Below, piece after piece: positions 28,124 through 36,834 of a stretch of DNA of 64,000 bases. How positions within the stretch are numbered: position 1 is the stretch's first letter; each line of letters opens with the position of its first letter. Below the pieces are notes generated by a model. The model was not told the origin of the DNA and did no database searches. It worked only from the letters and a program-made list of their open reading frames with translations. Origin of the DNA: Flavobacteriales bacterium UBA2619 (GTDB taxonomy: Bacteria > Bacteroidota > Bacteroidia > Flavobacteriales_D > Sanyastnellaceae); the NCBI GenBank assembly GCA_002339135.1, contig DDJR01000048.1, forward strand, positions 17,989-81,988. The letters are read 5' to 3'. The position numbers and the translations under genes were made by a program.

Positions 28124-29439
28124 TCTTTAATTTCTGCTCCGTACTTCGTTTGGAATTTTCTGTACAGCTCCCGCTGACGGTTATCCAAGTCAATGGCACG
28201 CCCTCCGATAAATGCATGGGTGAGGTCGTTTGTTCTCACATCTAACGCATCGCCTGAAGAAATAAATAACGTGGCGTCCTTGCCTCTTTCAAGAGTACCA
28301 CATGTATCGTCAATGCCCAGAATCTGAGCAACATTTCGAGTTAAGGACATCACAGCTTGCTCTTCTGTAAGCCCATATTTACGAGCTGTTCCTGCGTAGA
28401 AGGGCAGGTTTCGAGTATTCATTTCCGTCATCCTAGCGTCGACTTGAAGACCAAATAACACGCCTTCATCAGCCAGAAGTTTTGGCAATCTATATGGAAG
28501 GTTAATATCATCCTCGGGGAATCTCGGCAATCTGTGAATACTTGTAAGCAGGACACTAACCTTATTTTCTCTGAGCATGTCTGCTACGAGATGTGCATCG
28601 TAGCCGCCGACAATCACTAGGCGATCAATGCCCATCTCCCGCTTAAAATGAACAGCTTCAGTGATGGCACGAACATCGGTAGCATGAACGTAAAGTGCGA
28701 GTGAGCCATCGAAGAGACCGCGCATTGCTTCATGCTTGACGTCCATCACCGAGTTTGAAGATTTTTTGGTGGTAAGCGAAGAAGCATAACCACGTGCTTC
28801 TGAGAAGTAACGTTCTATTTCATGCTTGGCTTGCTCGTATGTTTTTCGTTTTCTCACATCAACTTTACCATCTACCGTGTGCTTGTGATGTGTCGATGGC
28901 CAATTCAAATGAATGCCGTCGACCATTTTTATTGCGGCGTCCTCCCAGTTCCATCCATCGAAGTGAACAACTCCAGAAGCGCCTGATATCACACCATTCC
29001 TCGGGGTAATTTGACCCATCAGGACACCGTTAGTTCGAACTGTAGGGGTGATCTCAGAATCTGTGTTAAAGGCGATAATTGCACGAACGTTGGGGCGGAA
29101 AGTTCCCACTTCGTATTGATCTTGAGTAGCTCGAACAGCCCCTATTTCTTGCAAACCTAAAGTGGTGTTGGCCACAATAAATCCTGGATATATGTGCTGT
29201 CCTGAAGCGTCAACAACATCGTCGTACAGACTCCGGTCAGCTTGAAAAGTTCGTCCTACAAAATCTATTTTTCCGTTGCGAAAACCAATCGCAGCTTCAT
29301 CAATGGCATCTCCAGTGCCTAAGTGGGCAGTACCGCCGAGGATGAGAATGGAACGGGTTTGATCTGGAGCTGGTGTTTGCTGAGCCAGGGATGGGAAAGT
29401 CATGAGACCTGCCAGAATAATTAACAATGTGTTTCTCAT
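28120..29439 (-). CDS. Secreted amidohydrolase-fold protein lacking the HxH metal motif
   Basis: Signal peptide. IYPGFIVANTTLGL where amidohydrolases have PGxIDxHxH. C-terminal GTLERGKDATLFISSGD. Paralogous to the C-terminal half of the upstream gene. Confidence 0.82.
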   Translation of the reverse strand: MRNTLLIILAGLMTFPSLAQQTPAPDQTRSILILGGTAHLGTGDAIDEAAIGFRNGKIDFVGRTFQADRSLYDDVVDASGQHIYPGFIVANTTLGLQEIGAVRATQDQYEVGTFRPNVRAIIAFNTDSEITPTVRTNGVLMGQITPRNGVISGASGVVHFDGWNWEDAAIKMVDGIHLNWPSTHHKHTVDGKVDVRKRKTYEQAKHEIERYFSEARGYASSLTTKKSSNSVMDVKHEAMRGLFDGSLALYVHATDVRAITEAVHFKREMGIDRLVIVGGYDAHLVADMLRENKVSVLLTSIHRLPRFPEDDINLPYRLPKLLADEGVLFGLQVDARMTEMNTRNLPFYAGTARKYGLTEEQAVMSLTRNVAQILGIDDTCGTLERGKDATLFISSGDALDVRTNDLTHAFIGGRAIDLDNRQRELYRKFQTKYGAEIKD

Positions 29440-29442
29440 GGC

Positions 29443-32400
29443 TTAGTTGTTTTCCTCGGTTACAGTGTCACAGTGGTAGTGGGTCCGCATGGCCTCGGAC
29501 GGAATTTTTAGTTTTCCTGGTGGTTGGCTATTCCCGTCTGCTATCATTTTCTTCGTGAGACGAGCGCGTTCTACACGGTTGGCATCCCTCAGATTTTTGT
29601 CGAGTTCTAAACTATAAAGACACTCCCCTTCAACATAGGTCCTGATGGCTTGAGCGCTCATGCTTAGCGGGTTGTCATCCCACATAACAAAGTCTGCATC
29701 TTTACCCACCTTAATGGATCCAGTCATGTGATCAATATGCAAAAGTTTTGCCGGATTGAGGGTTACGAACTTGAGAGCTTCTTCCTCAGAGACCCCTCCA
29801 TACTTGACCGATTTTGCAGCCTCTTGGTTAAGTCTACGTGCCATCTCAGCATCATCGCTGTTGATGGCAGTTGTAATTCCCTGTCCGTGCATTACAGCAG
29901 CATTATAGGGAATGGCATCCTTGACCTCGTATTTGTAGGCCCACCAGTCGCTAAAAGTCGATCCCCCTGCGCCATGTTCTTTCATCTTGTCTGCAACTTT
30001 ATAGCCTTCGAGAATGTGTGTGAAGGTATTCAGGCGAAAATTCATTGAGTCTGCAACGTGCATCAACATATTGATCTCGTCCTGTCTGTAGCTGTGACAA
30101 GTTACAAAACGTTCCTCCCGCAAAATTTGAAGCAAAACGTCGAGTTCTAAATCATGCCGGGGCTCTACTGGGCCAAGCCCTGCTTTAAGATCGCGCTTCT
30201 TGGTGTTGGAAAGTTCATGTCTGTAGGTGATAAAAGACTCCCCGTATTCACGAGCCCGGATAAAGAGATCGTAAAAAACCTGCTCGACACCCATCCTAGA
30301 TTGAGGAAAACGTATCTTCTGTGCATCTCCCCAATTGCTCTGCTTTACGTTCTCTCCAAGAGCGAACTTAATAAAGGGAGTCGCTCCATCATATAGAAGC
30401 TCCGTGGGCAGTGAACCCCAACGGAATTTAACAATTGCACTTTGGCCACCTATTGGGTTTGCCGATCCATGGAGAAGTTGAGCGCATGTTACACCTCCCG
30501 CGAGTTGTCGGTACATATTTACATCCTCGCTATTCAAAGAGTGTCCTATCCATACTTCTGCGCTGCTCGCCTGAGTTGCCTCATTAACACCTCGCTCGAT
30601 TGCGATGTGAGAGTGCTCATCTATAATGCCCGGGGTAACGTGCATGCCTCTCCCATCAATTTCTTCAACAACAACATCAGAACCCAAGAAATCGCTCACA
30701 TTGAGCCTCGCTCCTACTGCAGAAATTTTACCGTTGTAAATCAACACGTCTGCATCCACTAAAACACCTTCTGCTTCACAAGTCCAAACCGTCGCGCCTC
30801 GAACGACTACCGAGTTCTGAAAAGCACGTTCTTGTGCAGCCTTTGCAGGGGATCCGTAAGCTGTGAAAGGGTAAATAACTTCCCCAAGAGATTCTTTATT
30901 CCCCGTGAGTGAGTCTAGAACTTCAGAAATCGCTTCTGAAAGAGGTTCTGATGAATCAACTTTGACTGCACTCCAAGAAGTCCACTCTCCGTTTGGCATC
31001 ATGGCTTTTCCTTCCCAAATTCTACTGTCCATCCACACATTTCCAGTTAAGCGTATGGGACCTTCCTCAGAATCAAATCCCAAAACAATGGTTCTGTTGT
31101 CAAGTGAAATTGACACTTTCTGATCTGTGGTGTCGTTAATGATGTGGGTCGCTTTAACATTTTCTGTTACAACTATGTGCTTGATTTCATCGCCATATCC
31201 ACCCAGTGAAATGTCATAATCTCCTGAAATATCAATGGCATCTCGGTCGAGCATAATCGTTGGAACCCCACTTACCCAGTGCTCTACAAGCTGTGTTTGT
31301 GAGTCGAAGATAGGTCCATCTGAAACAATGATGTTCGCGCGAAGCCCCGGTCGGATCGCACCCACGACATCCGAAACCCCCATCAATGAGGCTGGAAGTG
31401 CTGTCATCGATCTGAGCGCAATGTCAACAGGGAGGCCACGTTGCACAGCGATACGCACGGCGGGAAGAAAATCTGAAGGGCTCTTTAATCCGTGAGCGGT
31501 AAGGCAAAACTCGATGCCTGAAGCATGCAAGATTGAGGCATTGCTAGGAGCCAATTCCCAGTGCTTTAATTCTGTTAGTGAGATAAATCGAGCTAAAAAA
31601 GGATCGCTAAGATCATAAGCTGTCGGGAATTTTACCGGGACAATTAATGTCACGCCTGAATTTTTTATCGCTTCGGACCTCTGATAGCTGTCTCCTCCTC
31701 CAAGGTGAAGATAATCTAGGTTAAATTCATTTGCGATGACTTCCGCTCTGAGTATATCTTTCCATGAACCTGAAGAGAAAATAGAGGGGAGTTCTGCGTT
31801 TGAGTTAAAAGCTTCGAGAGATAGATTGGTGCCACCAGAGAGGCCACGGGGAGAAGCTTCAGCATACCAAGAGGCGTCAAGGTGGGTTTGGCGCAAGAGA
31901 GCTGTAGCTCCCATAAGCGAGCCCGGATAGGACTGTCGCGAAGATCCTTTTCGAAAACTAAAATGGGTAGCCGCTAGTGGACGAAGCATCGATTCGCGGG
32001 CATCATCAATAGGCATGACAAGCGCGCCAGAGCCTCGAACAATTCCGTCTGGAACATGAGTAAGGACAGCCCCAAATCCTGCTTCACGAAGTGCTTTTGC
32101 AGCTTTAGGATCGGGGATAAATTTCTCGAAGGCATCTATTTCTGGACGAACAGACTGATTCCAACCGTAGGCACCCTTGATTGTGGTTTCGTATTGCGGA
32201 GTTCGTGACCATTCTGAAGGCTTGACCTCAGGAAGTCCATAAGATGAATGAAGGTCCACAAAAGAAGGATACAAATGATACCCCGTAAGGTCAAGTCTGA
32301 CGACAGCTCCCGTGACCGGGGAATTCAATGCCTCCGTTGCAGATTGCACATCGAGAATCTCACCTCGAAACATTACAACGGTAGCGTCTTTGAGAACCGT

Positions 32401-32568
32401 TGATGCATCAACGTGAACTGTTGCATGATCCAGCACTGTTTTGACAAGCTGTTTGTCAAGGGTTCCGTTGGAAGGGAAAGTGGAAGAAGATGGTGTTTGG
32501 GCTAACGTGATGCTGAAAAAAAGACCGGCAAAAATGACGGTGAAAAAAGCTTTGAGGATGTTGAGCAT
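29443..32568 (-). CDS. Secreted two-module amidohydrolase family protein
   Basis: Start set to ATG 32568 (MLNILKAFFTVIFAGLFFSITLAQ signal); track start 32589 is TTG. The N-terminal module has SFVDLHSSYG. The C-terminal module has canonical GIIDEHSHIA, FTHILEG, INSDD and GKDADFVMWD. Confidence 0.85.
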   Translation of the reverse strand: MLNILKAFFTVIFAGLFFSITLAQTPSSSTFPSNGTLDKQLVKTVLDHATVHVDASTVLKDATVVMFRGEILDVQSATEALNSPVTGAVVRLDLTGYHLYPSFVDLHSSYGLPEVKPSEWSRTPQYETTIKGAYGWNQSVRPEIDAFEKFIPDPKAAKALREAGFGAVLTHVPDGIVRGSGALVMPIDDARESMLRPLAATHFSFRKGSSRQSYPGSLMGATALLRQTHLDASWYAEASPRGLSGGTNLSLEAFNSNAELPSIFSSGSWKDILRAEVIANEFNLDYLHLGGGDSYQRSEAIKNSGVTLIVPVKFPTAYDLSDPFLARFISLTELKHWELAPSNASILHASGIEFCLTAHGLKSPSDFLPAVRIAVQRGLPVDIALRSMTALPASLMGVSDVVGAIRPGLRANIIVSDGPIFDSQTQLVEHWVSGVPTIMLDRDAIDISGDYDISLGGYGDEIKHIVVTENVKATHIINDTTDQKVSISLDNRTIVLGFDSEEGPIRLTGNVWMDSRIWEGKAMMPNGEWTSWSAVKVDSSEPLSEAISEVLDSLTGNKESLGEVIYPFTAYGSPAKAAQERAFQNSVVVRGATVWTCEAEGVLVDADVLIYNGKISAVGARLNVSDFLGSDVVVEEIDGRGMHVTPGIIDEHSHIAIERGVNEATQASSAEVWIGHSLNSEDVNMYRQLAGGVTCAQLLHGSANPIGGQSAIVKFRWGSLPTELLYDGATPFIKFALGENVKQSNWGDAQKIRFPQSRMGVEQVFYDLFIRAREYGESFITYRHELSNTKKRDLKAGLGPVEPRHDLELDVLLQILREERFVTCHSYRQDEINMLMHVADSMNFRLNTFTHILEGYKVADKMKEHGAGGSTFSDWWAYKYEVKDAIPYNAAVMHGQGITTAINSDDAEMARRLNQEAAKSVKYGGVSEEEALKFVTLNPAKLLHIDHMTGSIKVGKDADFVMWDDNPLSMSAQAIRTYVEGECLYSLELDKNLRDANRVERARLTKKMIADGNSQPPGKLKIPSEAMRTHYHCDTVTEENN

Positions 32569-32658
32569 TAGACGCGAAATAGATTGCAAAATAGAAGGCC
32601 AAGTTAATGACTGCAGGAGTAACTTGCACTAGCAATCTAAAGCATCTATCAAAAAACC

Positions 32659-33303
32659 ATGGCAAGCAAAAAATTTCCCACCACTGTTTATGCTGAAATG
32701 ACACCAAATCCTGCGACAATGAAATTCGTTGTGGATAGAAAACTGGTTTCTGGATTACACCAACTTGATTTTCAGAATTTGAAAGAGGCTCAAGTTTGTG
32801 CTCCTCTTGCAGCTGAACTTTTTAATTTTCCTTTTGTTGTGGGCGTATTTATCAGTGGAGAAATTGTTTCTGTCACGAAAGATGAATCTCTGGGCTGGGA
32901 GATGATTGTGATGCAGCTCCGGGAATACATCCGAGAGTGGCTCGTGGATCATGAATTCGCCGTGGAGGAAGATAAAATATCACATCTTTCTGAATTTACT
33001 GCTGTCGCTGACCAGGAAGGAAATACAGAGGTTTCAATAGAAAAACTGATTGAAGCTAAGGACATATCCCCATCGGAGTTCGACGAGCAAATAGGAGAAC
33101 TCCTCAGCGAATATGTTCGACCTGCTGTCGAGCAAGATGGAGGCGCCATCGATTTTGTTGGGTTCAAGGACGGTGTTGTTTATGTTCAATTGCGAGGTGC
33201 ATGCGCAGGCTGCCCCTCTTCTACAGAAACGTTGAAGGGCGGCATAGAATCACTTTTAACTTCAAAAATTGAAAGTGTGAGTGAGGTTGTTGCAATTGCC
33301 TGA
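32659..33303 (+). CDS. NifU/Nfu-type iron-sulfur cluster scaffold/carrier (Nfu_N + NifU C-terminal domain)
   Basis: C-terminal VRPAVEQDGGAIDFVGFKDGVVYVQLRGACAGCPSS CxxC motif. Confidence 0.87.
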   Translation: MASKKFPTTVYAEMTPNPATMKFVVDRKLVSGLHQLDFQNLKEAQVCAPLAAELFNFPFVVGVFISGEIVSVTKDESLGWEMIVMQLREYIREWLVDHEFAVEEDKISHLSEFTAVADQEGNTEVSIEKLIEAKDISPSEFDEQIGELLSEYVRPAVEQDGGAIDFVGFKDGVVYVQLRGACAGCPSSTETLKGGIESLLTSKIESVSEVVAIA

Positions 33304-33390
33304 CCACATCAAAACTGAACGTAAACGAGCTTTCTAGCTGAGGTCAACCTAACGGCAACAAACACGATGTGATTTTTCTATCTTTAGACG

Positions 33391-35469
33391 ATGAAATCCT
33401 ATGCCCTCATATTCAGCGTTTTGCTTTGTTTTATCTCTTCGTTTCTGTTAGCCCAAACCCCATCGTCCCACGTCCTTGTAATCGGAATCGATGGCGTAAG
33501 ATCTGATGCTCTTACTGCGGCAAGTACACCCAACCTAGACGCACTTGTGAGTGAAGGTGTGTATAGTCCTGACGCTCTCAACGACGACATTACCATTAGC
33601 GGTCCAGGTTGGTCAGATATTCTATGTGGGGTTCGTTCAGACAAGCACCTTGTTGTTGACAATGGTTTTTCCGGCAACAATTACGTTGACTATCCATCAT
33701 TTTTTCAGAGAATTGAAAACACCTATTCGAATGTAAACACTGTGTCTATATGCCATTGGGCACCTATTAACGACTATATCGTAGGGACAGATGCTGATGT
33801 GATTGTGAACGTAGGGTCGGACAATGAAGTGCGTGATTGTGCTTTAAATCAATTAGAAAACTACGATCCCCACGCGATGTTTATTCATTTCGACGATGTC
33901 GATTATGCGGGACATAGTTATGGGTTCAGCCCAGATGTTCCTCAATATATTTCTTCCATTGAAGAGGCAGATTCTCAGGTAGGTGAGGTGTTGTCAGCGT
34001 TGTATTCTCGACCGAATTACGCTCAGGAAGATTGGCTTATCATCGTCACTCACGATCACGGAGGTCAAGGGTATGGCCATGGAGGGACATCGCTTGAGCA
34101 CAGAAACGTCAGTTTTATCGCTTCTGGTCTTACCATTCCTACTCAGCTTGTCGAAAAAACAATCCTTGATATTATCCCCCCTCCTGTGAACTGCCTCGGA
34201 GGAGATGGAACAGAACTTTTCTTCGCAAATAACACAAATGTAAGCGTGCTTTCTACAGGATATTTAGATGCCGTAGTAGAGCAAGATTTTTCTGTTGAGA
34301 TAAGAGTCCGAACAACTGAGACAAATGATGTTGCTGTGATTGGCAACAAGGATTGGGATTCTGGGCTTAATCCAGGTTTCGTGTTTTCATTTGAATATCC
34401 CAACGGACCATCATGGAAAGTAAATGTGGGAGATGGATCATCCAGAGCAGATGCAAACGGTTCCTCTGGAATTGATGATGGTCAATGGCATACTCTATCT
34501 GCAACATTTAATCTTGACGGAATGATGCGCCTGTATACTGATGGGGTATTCGTCTCTGAAGAAGATATGTCAGGTGTTGGAAATCTGAACACCGCATCAG
34601 GGCTGATGTTGGGTGCAGACTTAAACGGAGCATACCAATACAACGGAAGTCTCGCAGAAGTCAGGATTTGGGAAACGCTGCTCAGCGACGAAGAGATTTC
34701 TGCCTGGGCATGCTCCCCTGTTGACTCGAGTCATCCCAAATGGAGCAGCCTTGCGTCGTATTGGAAAATGGATGACAACGACGATTACCTTTCAAATAGC
34801 AGTGTTAGCAATCCATTTCTGGATGCCTCTGTAAACGGGGCGACATGGCAAATCGCTGATGCGACCATCCTGTATGATTATTCTGAAACACCACGACTGG
34901 TTGATGTTCCAGTTACCGCGATGACGCACTTAAATATGGCTATTTTGCCAGAATGGGATCTTGATGGAATCTCTTGGGTTGGCGCTTGTGCTGTCACCGA
35001 TATCAGCTTAGGAACAACCTCCTCTTGCATCTCTGCAACTAATTTTTACACTCAGGAAATACACCTTTCTCTTGTAAACCCACCTTCCTCAGGTTTAATT
35101 ACTGTAAATGAACAAACTTTCATGCTCGGGGAAAACAACACCTCGGGTCTTCCTGGTCAAGGCATCTTGGCCACGCTGACATTGGATTTTCTGGTTTCTG
35201 ATGGCATGCCTGTTGATATAAACATCACCTTTCTAGAAGATGTGGGATGTGGAACTTCATTCCCCGAGTTTTTTGTGGCCCCCTCTCAGTGTTCTTGCCT
35301 CAATGACGTAAATGGTGATGGGTTAATTAATGTGGGCGATATTCTTCATGTTTTGGCAGAATTCGGTTGCACATTTGAATGTACCGCTGACTCAACATCT
35401 GATGGCAGCGTCAACGTAACCGATTTGCTTTCTATCCTAACGGAGTTTGGCCAGGTTTGCGAAAACTAA
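33391..35469 (+). CDS. Secreted alkaline phosphatase-superfamily (type I phosphodiesterase/nucleotide pyrophosphatase-like) protein with LamG-like domain and dockerin-like C-terminal repeats
   Basis: Signal peptide. VLVIGIDGVRSDAL...TPNLDAL, HFDDVDYAGHSYG and THDHGG. Laminin_G_3-like GQWHTLSATFNLDGMMRLYTDG...GSLAEVRIWE. C-terminal DVNGDGLINVGDIL / DSTSDGSVNVTDLL pair. Confidence 0.78.
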   Translation: MKSYALIFSVLLCFISSFLLAQTPSSHVLVIGIDGVRSDALTAASTPNLDALVSEGVYSPDALNDDITISGPGWSDILCGVRSDKHLVVDNGFSGNNYVDYPSFFQRIENTYSNVNTVSICHWAPINDYIVGTDADVIVNVGSDNEVRDCALNQLENYDPHAMFIHFDDVDYAGHSYGFSPDVPQYISSIEEADSQVGEVLSALYSRPNYAQEDWLIIVTHDHGGQGYGHGGTSLEHRNVSFIASGLTIPTQLVEKTILDIIPPPVNCLGGDGTELFFANNTNVSVLSTGYLDAVVEQDFSVEIRVRTTETNDVAVIGNKDWDSGLNPGFVFSFEYPNGPSWKVNVGDGSSRADANGSSGIDDGQWHTLSATFNLDGMMRLYTDGVFVSEEDMSGVGNLNTASGLMLGADLNGAYQYNGSLAEVRIWETLLSDEEISAWACSPVDSSHPKWSSLASYWKMDDNDDYLSNSSVSNPFLDASVNGATWQIADATILYDYSETPRLVDVPVTAMTHLNMAILPEWDLDGISWVGACAVTDISLGTTSSCISATNFYTQEIHLSLVNPPSSGLITVNEQTFMLGENNTSGLPGQGILATLTLDFLVSDGMPVDINITFLEDVGCGTSFPEFFVAPSQCSCLNDVNGDGLINVGDILHVLAEFGCTFECTADSTSDGSVNVTDLLSILTEFGQVCEN

Positions 35470-36757
35470 CCTCTTGCATAGGGCCACCATTTTGAGATGA
35501 CATGTTCATGAACCCAATGGGTTGGTCCGAACTTGCAGTGTAAAAATTTTTTAAATTGGGGAAGATGTCTGTCAATGATGAGGTAGGGACACCCATCCAC
35601 AACGCGAGTTCAGCAAAATATGAATCCGTAGAAATTTCTGGTATGACGATGTTTTTATCTATTACACGATCGGCTTGAAGGTCAAGAGAAGGTACTTTTC
35701 CAAAGATCTGACTCCCGTTTACAGCCCCTCCGAAAACCAAAGAATGTCCACCCCATGCATGATCGGTCCCACTGCCTTGAGAGGTAATCGTTCTTGCGAA
35801 GTCTGAGATTGTGAAGGTCGTTACCTTTTCTGTTGTGCCCAATTCAGCCATTGCCTGATAAAAAGATCCGATTGCTCCACTTAAAAGAGAAAGCACATTG
35901 TTGTGGTTGTTGAGGAGCTCCTCATGGGTGTCAAACCCACCAAGTTTAACGTAATATGTTTGCCTTTCCATTCCTAAGCTCCCAGATACGGCGATACTCT
36001 GAGCGACCCTTTTCATCTGATTAGAAATATCTGTGTCCGCGAATTGTGTTGTGAGAGGTGTCAGGTTATCGATCGCTGAAGTGTAACCGTCAGGTTGGTT
36101 TGAAGGAGAAAACCCATCTGTTTGATGTTCTGCTTGCCAGAGATTTGTCCCTAAAAAAGACAGGTTCATAGACAGCTCTTGGTTCGTGTTTCCAGAAGTG
36201 AGAATATCCGCAACCTTTCTTCCCCAACCATTTTCCGTTCTTGACTGAGGAACTGAAGTATGCCAATGTTTGGATTGATCTGAGTGCGACATCAACCCCA
36301 AAGGCAGATTTGCTGTACCTGCTAAAATTTGGCGCTTAGAAACTGGTTCTACGAGGGTTCCGACATTTGAAATTACCGCAGCGTTTCCAGAGTTAAATAA
36401 ATGAGCGACTTCTGGCATCGCTGGGTGCAGGCCGTAGCTTATTCCATCTGGATCCGTATAATTGAGCGGGATAAGATCTCCACAAGGCAACGCCAAATGA
36501 GATCGTGAATCAGCGTACACATCATAGGGGTCTGAAGAAGTTGGAACCACCATGTTGTATGAATCATTCCCCCCAGCTAAAAGGACACACACAAGCGCTC
36601 TGTAGTCATCTGGTTGAGAAGGGGGCGTGAGTGAATTCACCATCCCTAAGCTGTTAAAAGACGAAAGAAATGCAGCAGAACCTACCGCTGCACAACCTGT
36701 TGTACCGATAAATGTTCTCCTTGAAATGTGTCTCTTGGTTGACTTCTTAACTGACAT
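35432..36757 (-). CDS. DUF1501 domain-containing protein with twin-arginine (Tat) signal
   Basis: SRRTFIGTTGCAAVGSAA Tat-like N-terminus. LLAGGNDSYNMVVP, GGFDTH and SDFARTITSQGSGTDHAWGG are typical of DUF1501. The 3' end overlaps the convergent gene by 38 bp. Confidence 0.85.
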   Translation of the reverse strand: MSVKKSTKRHISRRTFIGTTGCAAVGSAAFLSSFNSLGMVNSLTPPSQPDDYRALVCVLLAGGNDSYNMVVPTSSDPYDVYADSRSHLALPCGDLIPLNYTDPDGISYGLHPAMPEVAHLFNSGNAAVISNVGTLVEPVSKRQILAGTANLPLGLMSHSDQSKHWHTSVPQSRTENGWGRKVADILTSGNTNQELSMNLSFLGTNLWQAEHQTDGFSPSNQPDGYTSAIDNLTPLTTQFADTDISNQMKRVAQSIAVSGSLGMERQTYYVKLGGFDTHEELLNNHNNVLSLLSGAIGSFYQAMAELGTTEKVTTFTISDFARTITSQGSGTDHAWGGHSLVFGGAVNGSQIFGKVPSLDLQADRVIDKNIVIPEISTDSYFAELALWMGVPTSSLTDIFPNLKNFYTASSDQPIGFMNMSSQNGGPMQEVSFRKPGQTPLG

Positions 36758-36834
36758 GTAGATGACTTTTAAATGATATAATCAGGTGAGAAAATCAACT
36801 GAAGTAACGAAAGCGCTTTTTTAAATCACAAGAA

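Noticed and set aside
36815-36824. AAAGCGCTTT palindrome downstream of the T9SS cargo gene, considered as a terminator
   Set aside because: A 10-bp palindrome without a loop cannot form a stable hairpin, so it is likely chance.
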